Origin: an uncultured Planctomycetota bacterium
Lineage (GTDB): Bacteria; Planctomycetota; Planctomycetia; Pirellulales; Lacipirellulaceae
Direction: 5' to 3'
Length of the DNA: 64,000 bases
NCBI GenBank assembly: GCA_963719315.1
Contig: CAVRBU010000002.1
Location: 1,312,001-1,376,000, forward strand
Part shown: positions 1-7,931 of the stretch, in pieces
Numbering within the stretch: the stretch's first letter is position 1
Layout: each line of letters opens with the position of its first letter
Program-made: the position numbers and the translations under genes
The notes under the pieces: model-generated
What the model was told of the DNA's origin: nothing
Database searches by the model: none
The model's input: only the letters and a program-made list of their open reading frames with translations

Positions 1-153
1 TTGTGCTTTGTGTGCTTTGGACGGCAGGAGAGACTCATCTTTCGGCCATAACTTACGGAGATTCGGCAAAGCTTGCTTCAATTCTTTACAGCCGGCGGGA
101 GTAACTTTTGTGCCGATAATGCTCAAGGTATCAAGATTCTTCAGCCCCTTTAG
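1..153 (-). pseudogene. 3' remnant of the LRR lipoprotein gene split by IS copy 1 (runs off the window edge)
   Basis: The reverse complement reads LKGLKNLDTLSIIGTKVTPAGCKELKQALPN..., which continues in frame from ...GVKQ at 1714 once the IS and one TTAG copy are removed. Confidence 0.88.
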
Positions 154-1709
154 CAGCCTGTTGAAGAAGTCTCCTTTGGATAGACTTTCGCTAACGACGG
201 CATGGCGCTAAATTGTCGCCTGCGGTTGGCGTGGATGCCAGTGTAAGAGCGATTATTGTTTTGCTCAGGCATCCGCAGAGCCGAATTGAGGAGATCACGG
301 ATGGCGTTGGGACACCGCAACCAAGAGCAGCAGTCGTCCTTCTGGATCCCGGTGGACCAGTTGCCGCGGTCGGAAGGGCATGTGTTTTACGGCAAGCTCA
401 ATCAATTGCTGCGAGCAGCCGGCTTCGACGAGTTCGTCGAAAGGCTCTGTGAGCCGTACTACCACGAAACGATGGGGCGGCCCGGCATTCCGCCGGGCGT
501 CTACTTCCGGATGCTGTTGGTGGGCTACTTCGAGGGCCTCGGCTCGCAGCGGGGCATCGCCTGGCGGTGTGCCGACAGTCTCAGCTTGCGAGAATTTCTG
601 GGCGTCCCGCTCGGCGAAGAGACGCCTGACCATTCGAGCCTGACGCGGGTCCGCGACCGACTGCCGTTGTCGGTTCATCGGCAAGTATTCTGCTTCGTGC
701 TCGAGGTGGCTGAGCAGCAAGGCCTGCTCGCCGGCAAGACGGTGGGCGTCGACGCCACGACCCTGGAGGCCGACGCGGCCATGAAGAGCATCGTCAGGCG
801 CGACACGGGCGAGGACTGGCAGGAGTATGTTCGGCGTCTGATGCAGGAAGCAGGCCAGATCGAGCCGGGCGACGAACCCTCAGCCGAGGAGATTGCTCGG
901 TTCGATCGCCAGCGCAAGGACAAAAAGGTCTCGAACCAAGAATGGCAGAGCGAAACCGACCCAGACAGCCGGATCACCCGGATGAAGGACGGCCGCACGC
1001 ATCTGGCCTACAAGGCCGAACACGTCGTCGATCTGGACACGGAGCTGATCCTGGCGGCCGAGATCTATCACGCCAACGCGGCCGACGTGGACACGATCGG
1101 CCCGAGCCTCAGCCAAGCGCAAGACAACTTGATTCAAGCCGACAGCGACGCGGACATCGAGGAGACGGTGGCGGACAAAGGCTACTCGGGGAACGAGACG
1201 CTGGCCGAATTGGAATTCACCGAGGGTCTACGAACGTACATCGCCGAACCACAGCACGCGCATCGTCGCAATTGGAAAAACAAAGCGGACGAAGAGCGTC
1301 GGGCGGTGACGGGCAACCGCCGCCGGGTCAAAGGAAAGCGAGGACGTGCTCTACAGCGCGAGAGGAGTGAGAAGGTCGAGCGGAGTTTCGCCCACGTCTG
1401 CGAGACGGGCGGCAGTCGGCGAACGTGGCTGCATGGTATCGAGAAAGTGAGAAAGCGATACCTGACGTCGGCCATGGCACGCAATCTGGGCCTCGTCCTG
1501 CGCCACTTGTTCGGAATCGGCACGGCCAGGAGCCTGCAAGGGAACGGCGGGCTTGCCGACGCCTTGCATGTTGTGTTGTTTAACACCCTGGCCGCGCTGG
1601 AGCGTCTGCTGACGCCCACGCCGCCGACCGGCCGACAAAAATCAACCATCAACCAACCGCTCGCGTTGGCTGCCTAAAATCACCAAATACCAACTTCTTC
1701 AACAGGTTG
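154..1709 (+). mobile_element. Insertion sequence copy 1 (IS1182-family/IS5-like DDE element, 1556 bp)
   Basis: 17-bp terminal inverted repeats CAGCCTGTTGAAGAAGT (154-170) and ACTTCTTCAACAGGTTG (1693-1709, one mismatch at 1707). TTAG duplication at 150-153 and 1710-1713. Single transposase ORF. Confidence 0.95.
301..1677 (+). CDS. DDE transposase (DUF772-like N-terminus plus DDE domain), 458 aa
   Basis: GRPGIPP...EGLGSQR...PDHSSLTRVR N-terminal motifs; catalytic D (VDATT), D (ADKGYS) and E (KVERSFA). GAGGAG RBS before the ATG at 301. Confidence 0.93.
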   Translation: MALGHRNQEQQSSFWIPVDQLPRSEGHVFYGKLNQLLRAAGFDEFVERLCEPYYHETMGRPGIPPGVYFRMLLVGYFEGLGSQRGIAWRCADSLSLREFLGVPLGEETPDHSSLTRVRDRLPLSVHRQVFCFVLEVAEQQGLLAGKTVGVDATTLEADAAMKSIVRRDTGEDWQEYVRRLMQEAGQIEPGDEPSAEEIARFDRQRKDKKVSNQEWQSETDPDSRITRMKDGRTHLAYKAEHVVDLDTELILAAEIYHANAADVDTIGPSLSQAQDNLIQADSDADIEETVADKGYSGNETLAELEFTEGLRTYIAEPQHAHRRNWKNKADEERRAVTGNRRRVKGKRGRALQRERSEKVERSFAHVCETGGSRRTWLHGIEKVRKRYLTSAMARNLGLVLRHLFGIGTARSLQGNGGLADALHVVLFNTLAALERLLTPTPPTGRQKSTINQPLALAA

Positions 1710-2262
1710 TTAGCTGTTTCACCCCATCGTTGGTTATTTGAGTATGATCAAGGCCTAAATTTTTCAGTTCTACAAGTCCGCCGATCTGCTTCAGGCCAGC
1801 GTCGGTCACTTGCGTGTTATCGAGCATTAAATCCGTCAAGTGTACCAGGGTCTTGATGTGCTCCAAGCCGGCATCTGTCACTCGTGTATGGTCGAGCCAC
1901 AAACGGCGGATTTGGGTTAGTTCTTCAATGTGCTTCAGGCCGGCGTCTGTCACTTGAGTATAACCAAGTAACAGCACCTTCAGTTCCGTCAGTGCTCCGA
2001 CAGGTTTTAGCGCCTCATCGCCGATACCAGTCTCGCTGAAAGTCACGGCATAGACTGGCTTGCCGGCCGCCTCTTCATCGAACGTGACCTTGCCGCTGAG
2101 TCTTTGAATCTCGGCGATCGCGTCGGCATATTCCTTATTTGGTTGATTTGCTGATTTCGTAGCGTTATGACTTGTGCCACAACCCGACAGCACAAGAAAG
2201 AAAAAACACCCCAGCACTATCGTCTTCAATTCGTCACGATGCACGATAGACTCCTTCTCCAA
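1710..2262 (-). pseudogene. Leucine-rich-repeat lipoprotein, 5' part, interrupted by IS copy 1
   Basis: Lipobox LSGC and repeated LxxLxLxxTxVTDAGLxxI units. The frame runs into the IS right end. Confidence 0.88.
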
Positions 2263-2267
2263 ATGAC

Positions 2268-2364
2268 AGAATAAGGGGTCCAGAATACAGAATAAGAGGC
2301 CAGAACGATTTTACCATAAATCGTTCTGACCCCTTATGTATGTATGTATGGACCCCTCATTTTC
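2268..2364. repeat. Nested GGGGTC(AG)-type palindrome (REP-like hairpin)
   Basis: Inner arms AAGAGGCCAGAACGATTT / AAATCGTTCTGACCCCTT; outer arms GAATAAGGGGTCCA / TGGACCCCTCATTTTC. Confidence 0.75.
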
Positions 2365-2445
2365 GATGACGTATCCACAATTATTTTTGGCCGCGCGCAA
2401 TGTTCGAGATCGTTGGTTCGGGCAACGGGAATATATCCTGACCCC

Positions 2446-2742
2446 TTATTCCTTCTCGACAGCTCCCGGTTCGTAGTTCCGCCGATCACGGATATAAATC
2501 ACAATTATCCCAATCAATATTAGGATATAAATCGCGTAGACCACGACCTTTAATTGCTGAGGTGGGTGAACTACAAAAAACACGGACCAATAAGCACACA
2601 AAATGCCTAACGCGATTCTTCCTGCAATAGACATAGGCGGACCCTTACCGCGCCTACCCCATCGTACTTGCCAATGGGGAAATAATGCAGACGCGAAACT
2701 ATATGCGGCGATGAACAAAAGAATGATTGGTGCAAGCCACAT
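2446..2742 (-). CDS. Small low-GC membrane protein (3 predicted TM helices), function unknown
   Basis: 98-aa ORF with three hydrophobic stretches, AT-rich. Its TAA lies within a GAATAAGGGGTCAGG half-repeat. Confidence 0.7.
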   Translation of the reverse strand: MWLAPIILLFIAAYSFASALFPHWQVRWGRRGKGPPMSIAGRIALGILCAYWSVFFVVHPPQQLKVVVYAIYILILIGIIVIYIRDRRNYEPGAVEKE

Positions 2743-2847
2743 TGGTGGTTTTCATCAAATTGGTTTTTCAAGATCCCAATTGCAATATTACTAACGAGGC
2801 AAGGCATCGGGACACAAAGCGAGCATGCTAAAATCTCCTGTAAAAAG

Positions 2848-2917
2848 AAAAGGGGTCAGAACTATTTGTGGGCTTCTTGACTCGTCATGTGCAGTTAAAC
2901 AGCTCCTGCCCCCTTTT
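2848..2917. repeat. GGGGTCAG-type REP-like inverted pair
   Basis: AAAAGGGGTCAGAACTATTT (2848-2867) ... AAACAGCTCCTGCCCCCTTTT (2897-2917). Confidence 0.7.
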
Positions 2918-2928
2918 GCCATGCCCGC

Positions 2929-3045
2929 TCATATTGCCGCCCTCTCGATTTGTTCTTTGATCGTCCATACGTGGTCTGTTAGCCCGCTGGCCATCGCTGG
3001 TGTGGCGCCCTTCAGCGTCTCATGCTTCCGCCCGAAATTATACCA
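2929..3045 (-). pseudogene. C-terminal fragment of an IS1-family-like DDE transposase
   Basis: Manual translation gives WYNFGRKHETLKGATPAMASGLTDHVWTIKEQIERAAI*, matching the typical YNFxRxHxTL...TPAMAAGLTDHVW C-terminus. It is too short for the ORF track. Confidence 0.8.
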
Positions 3046-3121
3046 GAGGGGGCAAAGGGAGGGGGCAGAGGTGTCAGGAACCGAATCCAATGATGCCATG
3101 CGTCATCCCTTCTCGCTTACC

Positions 3122-3600
3122 GGCCAAAAATACTTGTGGAATCGCCGGCAAGAAAATGCTACAGTCCAGGCACGCTGCATTGCGACGGCGTTTGATCCTT
3201 GAAAATCTAGAGGAAGCTGTTAGCCGTTAGCTGTTAGCTATCAGCCAGAGGTTGCGCACGGTCTCCCGACGCGCTCGCCCCTTTTTGCCCAAAGCTGGCC
3301 GAAGGGCCGGAACAGCGTAAAACGCCGCGAAAATCGCCACATTTTCACGGCTCGACCGCTCTGGCGAACCGCTAAATCCTGCCAGATTCCAGCTTCTTAG
3401 AGAGCAAACTCGCCCATTATTGCACGTCGAGTTCACGCCCGAACCACTGGATTTCCAGCGGTTCGCTGCCCGAGCGCCGTGCAAAAAGGAGGAGTTTTGC
3501 ACGCGAAAAAAAATTTTCCCGCGTCCGCACAATCGGACTCCCTTGCCCTCCAACGACTTGCGACTTCCATTGCGCGAAGCCTTCGTGCAAAACTCACCGC
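3122..3600 (+). repeat. ~480-bp dispersed non-coding element, copy A (candidate ncRNA with its own promoter)
   Basis: Colinear with 20402-20639 plus 22200-22424; about 90% identity by hand count over the body. Confidence 0.88.
3137..3165 (+). promoter_or_regulatory. Putative sigma70-type extended -10 promoter of element copy A
   Basis: TGGAAT-17 nt-TACAGT with TG at the extended position. Copy B has TGGAAT-17 nt-TATACT with TG, while the spacer differs between copies. Confidence 0.5.
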
Positions 3601-3646
3601 CTGAGAAAGACACATCATCCACAAGGCCTGAATCAATTCGCCATGC

Positions 3647-4716
3647 TCAACTGTATTTTTCCCGGAGCCGTTGGGCGGCCGCAACTTCGTTCTTGAGCTT
3701 CACATAAACTTCATCGAGACTCACTTCGGCCGCCGAACCGGGTGCGAAGCCGCAATCGGGGTTGAGCGTGATCCGTTGCGGTGCAACATGCTTCAAAGCC
3801 GCTTCGACGCGGGTTACGATCGCATCCACGGAATCGATCTGGCCAGGCTGGCAGTTCACGCAACCGAGGCCGATTTCGATATTCTCCGGAAGCTGTTTGA
3901 AGACGGACATGTCGCCCGCGCCAGGCGAAGTGAACTCCATCGTGACGTGATCCACCTTCAATCGACCCAATTGCTTGAGAATCGGATCGTATCCGCCGCG
4001 ATGATCGGCCTCGCCCCGCGCGCAGCGCCGGCGCGCCGACAAAGATGCACGGCCAGCTTCACGCCCTTGATGCCGCTCACCACCTGGTTGTCCATATCGA
4101 CGGCGAAGTCGGAGGCGCGTTCGGCGTCTTCGTATTGCTTGCGGACTTCCGGATCGACGAACAGGCACAAGTGCGGATCATCGACCTGGACGATCGACAC
4201 GCCTTCGTCTCGCAAAAGCTCGACCTCGCGATGCAGAATCGGCACGCAATCGCGGACGAAGTCCTCGCGCTTCGGATAGGCCTTGGCCGATTTCACCGAA
4301 TCCCACATCCGCTCGCCCAACAACGCGGGCGCCGGAACAGTCGCTTTGATTTGCCGCTTCGTGAGCTTCTTCAGAAAGGCGACTTCCTGGGCGATAAAGC
4401 CGGGTTGCTTCGGCGAGAGCTTATCGACGACGACGGTCCAGGGGCGGCCGTCGTCCGGATTACGGCTCAGCTCGAAGCCGTGCGCGAGTTCCGCAATGAC
4501 ACCGATGTAACTTTTGCGCCACCATTCGCCGTCGGAAACAAAATCGAGGCCGGCCATTTCTTGCATGGCCACGGCCCCGCGAATCGCCTCGCCCATCAGG
4601 CGGCGATATTCGTCGCCCTGGATGGGGCAATCGTCGGCGATTAGATCCTTCACGAATTGTGGTCGGGGCAACGAGCCGATGACCGACGTCGGAAACAACA
4701 CTCCGCCCATGCTCAT
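3647..4716 (-). CDS. Cobalamin-independent methionine synthase II (MetE C-terminal-like) family protein; 1-nt frameshift near 4023
   Basis: TSVIGSLPRP, SDGEWWR, VQVDDP, Zn ligands HLC...MEF...NPDCGF. The two track ORFs (3958-4740 and 3647-4168) join on restoring one base. ATGA overlap with the upstream stop. Confidence 0.88.
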
Positions 4717-5480
4717 CTCCCCAGATGTTTCGAAATCCAATGCTGGCGGGCGTACTCGAAATCCTGCTGCGTATCGACTTCGATGTAGCCGCCCGGCGTA
4801 TCAACGTGCCCGAACCGTTCGCCCCGTTCGATCATGTCTTGAAACAGCAGAATCTTGTAGGCATTTTCGAAGCTGCGCGAATCGCGCCAAGGCCGGCCGG
4901 CAAATTCCTCGCGGCGTCGCTGGTAGAAGTCGCGCAACCTGGCGGCGCCGGCAGCGGAAAACTTCGCCACGCCGATATACTCGCCGTACGCCTCTTGCTC
5001 GGGAATCTTGCGATCGACCCGCGTAACGCGACCGTTCTTGACGATCACTTTCTCGGCGTCATCCGGCGGATGCTCGGTGCGAGACTCATAGCGCTCGAGC
5101 CAGGCCGTATCGACTCCGAGCGCCATATCCTCCGGTGCCGCGGCCAGCCGGCCGACGATATCGGGCGTGAAAAGAACGTCGCTGTAACAGCAGATGAATG
5201 GTTCGTCCATCAAGTCGGACGCGTAAAAAAGCGACGCCAGGATATTGTTCCGCTCCCATTCGGAATTGTGGCGGAAGGCGAACTCGGGATAGGCCTCCTT
5301 GACCTTATCGAGCTGATAACCGCCGATGAAACAAATCCGATCGAGACCGTTTGCGTGGAACGACTCCAGCGCCCAATCGAGCATCCGCTTGCCCGAGATT
5401 TCGGCGAAGCACTTGGGGGCGTCGGCGGTAGTCGGCATTAGACGCCGCCCACGACCGGCCGCGATCACGATCACGCGCAT
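4713..5480 (-). CDS. Nucleotidyltransferase (phosphocholine/phosphonate cytidylyltransferase-like, NTP_transf family)
   Basis: IAAGRGRRL...PKC signature; YSD, GEYIG and EVDTQQD motifs. Confidence 0.88.
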   Translation of the reverse strand: MRVIVIAAGRGRRLMPTTADAPKCFAEISGKRMLDWALESFHANGLDRICFIGGYQLDKVKEAYPEFAFRHNSEWERNNILASLFYASDLMDEPFICCYSDVLFTPDIVGRLAAAPEDMALGVDTAWLERYESRTEHPPDDAEKVIVKNGRVTRVDRKIPEQEAYGEYIGVAKFSAAGAARLRDFYQRRREEFAGRPWRDSRSFENAYKILLFQDMIERGERFGHVDTPGGYIEVDTQQDFEYARQHWISKHLGR

Positions 5481-5880
5481 TCTCGGTCCTTTACCCTGGT
5501 CAAAATCGACAATGCAGTCGTCATTTCATTTGATAAGCAAGGCCGCGATGAACTCGATTTCAACCGCGTTTTCTGGCCGTGAACACGGACCCACGCTCGT
5601 TGAATTTTCCGCCTCGCAATCCACGAATGCCGCCGCGTACCCGAAAAGCGGCCCCCTAGGTGCCCTCGACTTCCCGGCCACCCCCAGCATTGAGCAATTG
5701 GCTGCGGCCTATTTTATCCGAATCTGCGTCCGTTTGTAGGGGCCTTCTAAAAGCGTTCTCAGGGCCGGGTTGAATTGCATGGGAACATGTCCGGCCGGGC
5801 CGTTGGGCGGCCCGTCCCACGCCATGACCGGGAAAAATCAGTCGGTTCGGCTGCCAAGCCCATCGCGGGCAACATTTGGA

Positions 5881-6003
5881 AGTGGAGTCCTAATTTGCGG
5901 CACAACAAGTTTGTGGCACGGACTTCAGTCCGTACGAGCATCACGGACTGAAGTCCGTGCTACAAACCTCCGGTCCGAACGGTGCCAAATTTAGGACACC
6001 GCC
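5881..6003. mobile_element. ~123-bp MITE-like element with internal REP hairpin, copy 1
   Basis: Terminal IRs AGTGGAGTCCTAATTT / AAATTTAGGACACCGCC and an internal GT(G)GCACGGACTTCAGTCCGT...ACGGACTGAAGTCCGTGCTAC doublet. Near-identical to 16926-17047. Confidence 0.8.
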
Positions 6004-6060
6004 GTTCGCCTGGGGTCGCGCGGCGGCTTTTTTCGTCACGTAGCATTTGCTGGCAGAGCA

Positions 6061-6119
6061 GTGTAGTCCTCTCGTTCCAAAAGAGAAAATCTGCGTCTCG
6101 CGGACCGAGACGCCTACAC
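6061..6119. repeat. GTAG-family REP doublet (GTGTAG...CTCGCGGA-type)
   Basis: GTGTAGTCCTCTCG...TCTCGCGGACCGAGACGCCTACAC; relatives at 22477-22530 and 59199-59257. Confidence 0.6.
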
Positions 6120-6165
6120 CAACCGCAATAGCGCGGCGTGGACAGGCTGCAATCGACGGCCGATA

Positions 6166-6927
6166 ATGGACCTCATGCACGCACGCCTTGCAAACCAACT
6201 CGTTTCACTCGCGCTCATTGCCTGGATCGCCACCGCGCATTGCGTGCTGGCAGAAGACAACGCGATCCCGCCCCCGGCCAAGGAATACAAAGGCCGCGAG
6301 ATCGCCCAGACAATGCACTTTCTCGGCGCGCCCTGGCTCACGCGCGAGTCGCGCGAGCGGGAAGAGGACTGTAAAACGATGCTCGCCGCGCTGAAGCTCA
6401 AGTCGGGCGACGTCGTTTGCGATCTGGGTTGCGGAAACGGGTTTTACACGCTGAAGCTCGCCAACCTCGTCGGCGAAAAAGGCCGCGTCTACGCGGTTGA
6501 TATTCAGCGCGAGATGCTGGAACTGCTCAAGGACCGGGCCGCCGAGGAGAAGATCACCAACATCGAGCCGGTGCTGGGCACGCTGGTCGATCCGAAGCTC
6601 CCCGCGAATTCAATGGACCTGGTGCTGCTGGTCGACGTGTACCACGAGTTTTCGCACCCCGAGCAAATGCTGGCGGCAATTCACAAGAGCTTAAAGCCCA
6701 CCGGCCGCGTGGCCTTGGTCGAGTTTCGGGCCGAAGATCCGGCCGTCCCGATCAAGCCGCTCCACAAGATGAGCAAAGCCCAAATTATGAAGGAGTTCCC
6801 GCCCAACGGTTTCAAGCTCGTGGAGGAGTTCGACAAGTTGCCCTGGCAACACTTAATGTTCTTTCAACGCGAAACGGATGCGAACAAGGAGCAGAACGCG
6901 TCCGAAATTCATGCGCCGGGGCGATGA
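6166..6927 (+). CDS. Class I SAM-dependent methyltransferase with N-terminal signal-like segment
   Basis: VCDLGCGNG motif I, VYAVDIQ, DVYHEFSHP; hydrophobic N-terminus. Confidence 0.9.
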   Translation: MDLMHARLANQLVSLALIAWIATAHCVLAEDNAIPPPAKEYKGREIAQTMHFLGAPWLTRESREREEDCKTMLAALKLKSGDVVCDLGCGNGFYTLKLANLVGEKGRVYAVDIQREMLELLKDRAAEEKITNIEPVLGTLVDPKLPANSMDLVLLVDVYHEFSHPEQMLAAIHKSLKPTGRVALVEFRAEDPAVPIKPLHKMSKAQIMKEFPPNGFKLVEEFDKLPWQHLMFFQRETDANKEQNASEIHAPGR

Positions 6928-6967
6928 TGCCCCGTTGCACGACGTCCCTTTGATCGAAGAATCTACC

Positions 6968-7894
6968 CTACTCTTGCAGCCCAAGAATCTTCCGCGGATT
7001 GTCGCCCAGCAATTGCTGGATTTGCTGCTCGTTCAATCCCAGCGCGGTGCGCAGATTCTCTTCCGAGCGTTGCATCGTGCCGGCCGATCCGACCAGGTGC
7101 GTGCGATCGGCCGACCAGGTTGCCAGGTTTTCGTCGATCACTACCTGTTGCGTTCCCAGCGAATACTCGCCTGGCCCCAGCCCGGCCCCACAAATCGCAT
7201 CGGTCACCACAAACGCGCGCTCGATTCCACAGCACTTAAGATAGTTCGCCAGGGCGACGAACGGCACGTGCACGCCGTCGGCAATAAACCCGATGTGCAG
7301 CCGGCCCGCAAGGTTTAGGACGCGCTGGATGATATTGTCGTGTCGCGGCAACAGCCCCGGGCAACCGTTGCCGAGGTGCGTGAACAGCGACAGCCCGGCG
7401 TCGATACTGGCTCGCAGTTGGTCGAGCGACGGATTGCAGTGCCCGGCTGCGACGCGGATCCCCTGCCCCGCCAGAAACTTCGTCACGCGGTTTTCCGGAT
7501 CGCGCTCGGGGGCCAGCGTCACGATTCGAGTCAGCCCCCCCGCCGCTTCGAGCAATCGCTGCATAAAGTCGAGGTCCGCCGGCCGTGCACAATCCCTGGG
7601 ATGCGCGCCAATGTATCCAGCTTCCTCATTGAAAAACGGGCCTTCGATGTGAATGCCCCAAATCATGTCGGCGATCGCCGCATTCGATTCGCGCACGCGG
7701 CAGATGTTCGCCAGGCGGCCGCACATGGATTCGAGATTGGCCGTGATCACCGTCGCCAGGATACCGCCCACGCCTTCGCTTTTCAGCCGGCCGCACACGG
7801 CGGCGACGCGTTCGGCCGGCAACTGGTCGGCGTTGAAATCGACATCTGCGTATCCGTTCACTTGCAGGTCGACAAAGCCACTGGGAGCATGCAT
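6968..7894 (-). CDS. nagA: N-acetylglucosamine-6-phosphate deacetylase
   Basis: GFVDLQVNG, GIHIEGPF, GAHP, TLAPE, GH, THLGNG, IADGVHV and VTDA amidohydrolase motifs. Confidence 0.92.
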   Translation of the reverse strand: MHAPSGFVDLQVNGYADVDFNADQLPAERVAAVCGRLKSEGVGGILATVITANLESMCGRLANICRVRESNAAIADMIWGIHIEGPFFNEEAGYIGAHPRDCARPADLDFMQRLLEAAGGLTRIVTLAPERDPENRVTKFLAGQGIRVAAGHCNPSLDQLRASIDAGLSLFTHLGNGCPGLLPRHDNIIQRVLNLAGRLHIGFIADGVHVPFVALANYLKCCGIERAFVVTDAICGAGLGPGEYSLGTQQVVIDENLATWSADRTHLVGSAGTMQRSEENLRTALGLNEQQIQQLLGDNPRKILGLQE

Positions 7895-7931
7895 ACTTTA
7901 GCAATTCAACGTAATTGTGGGGCAGCGGGCG

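Noticed and set aside
2371..2380. DnaA boxes / replication origin (also TGATCCACA near 26091)
   Set aside because: Isolated imperfect matches, not clustered, and no dnaA/dnaN context.
3227..3707. ORFs 3227-3622, 3420-3707, 22138-22377 and 22244-22480 as real genes
   Set aside because: They overlie the repeated element; starts, stops and frames are not shared between copies, and substitutions show no clear synonymous bias. A short peptide cannot be fully excluded.
4713..5480. Phosphonate biosynthesis cluster
   Set aside because: No PEP mutase, decarboxylase or aminotransferase nearby.
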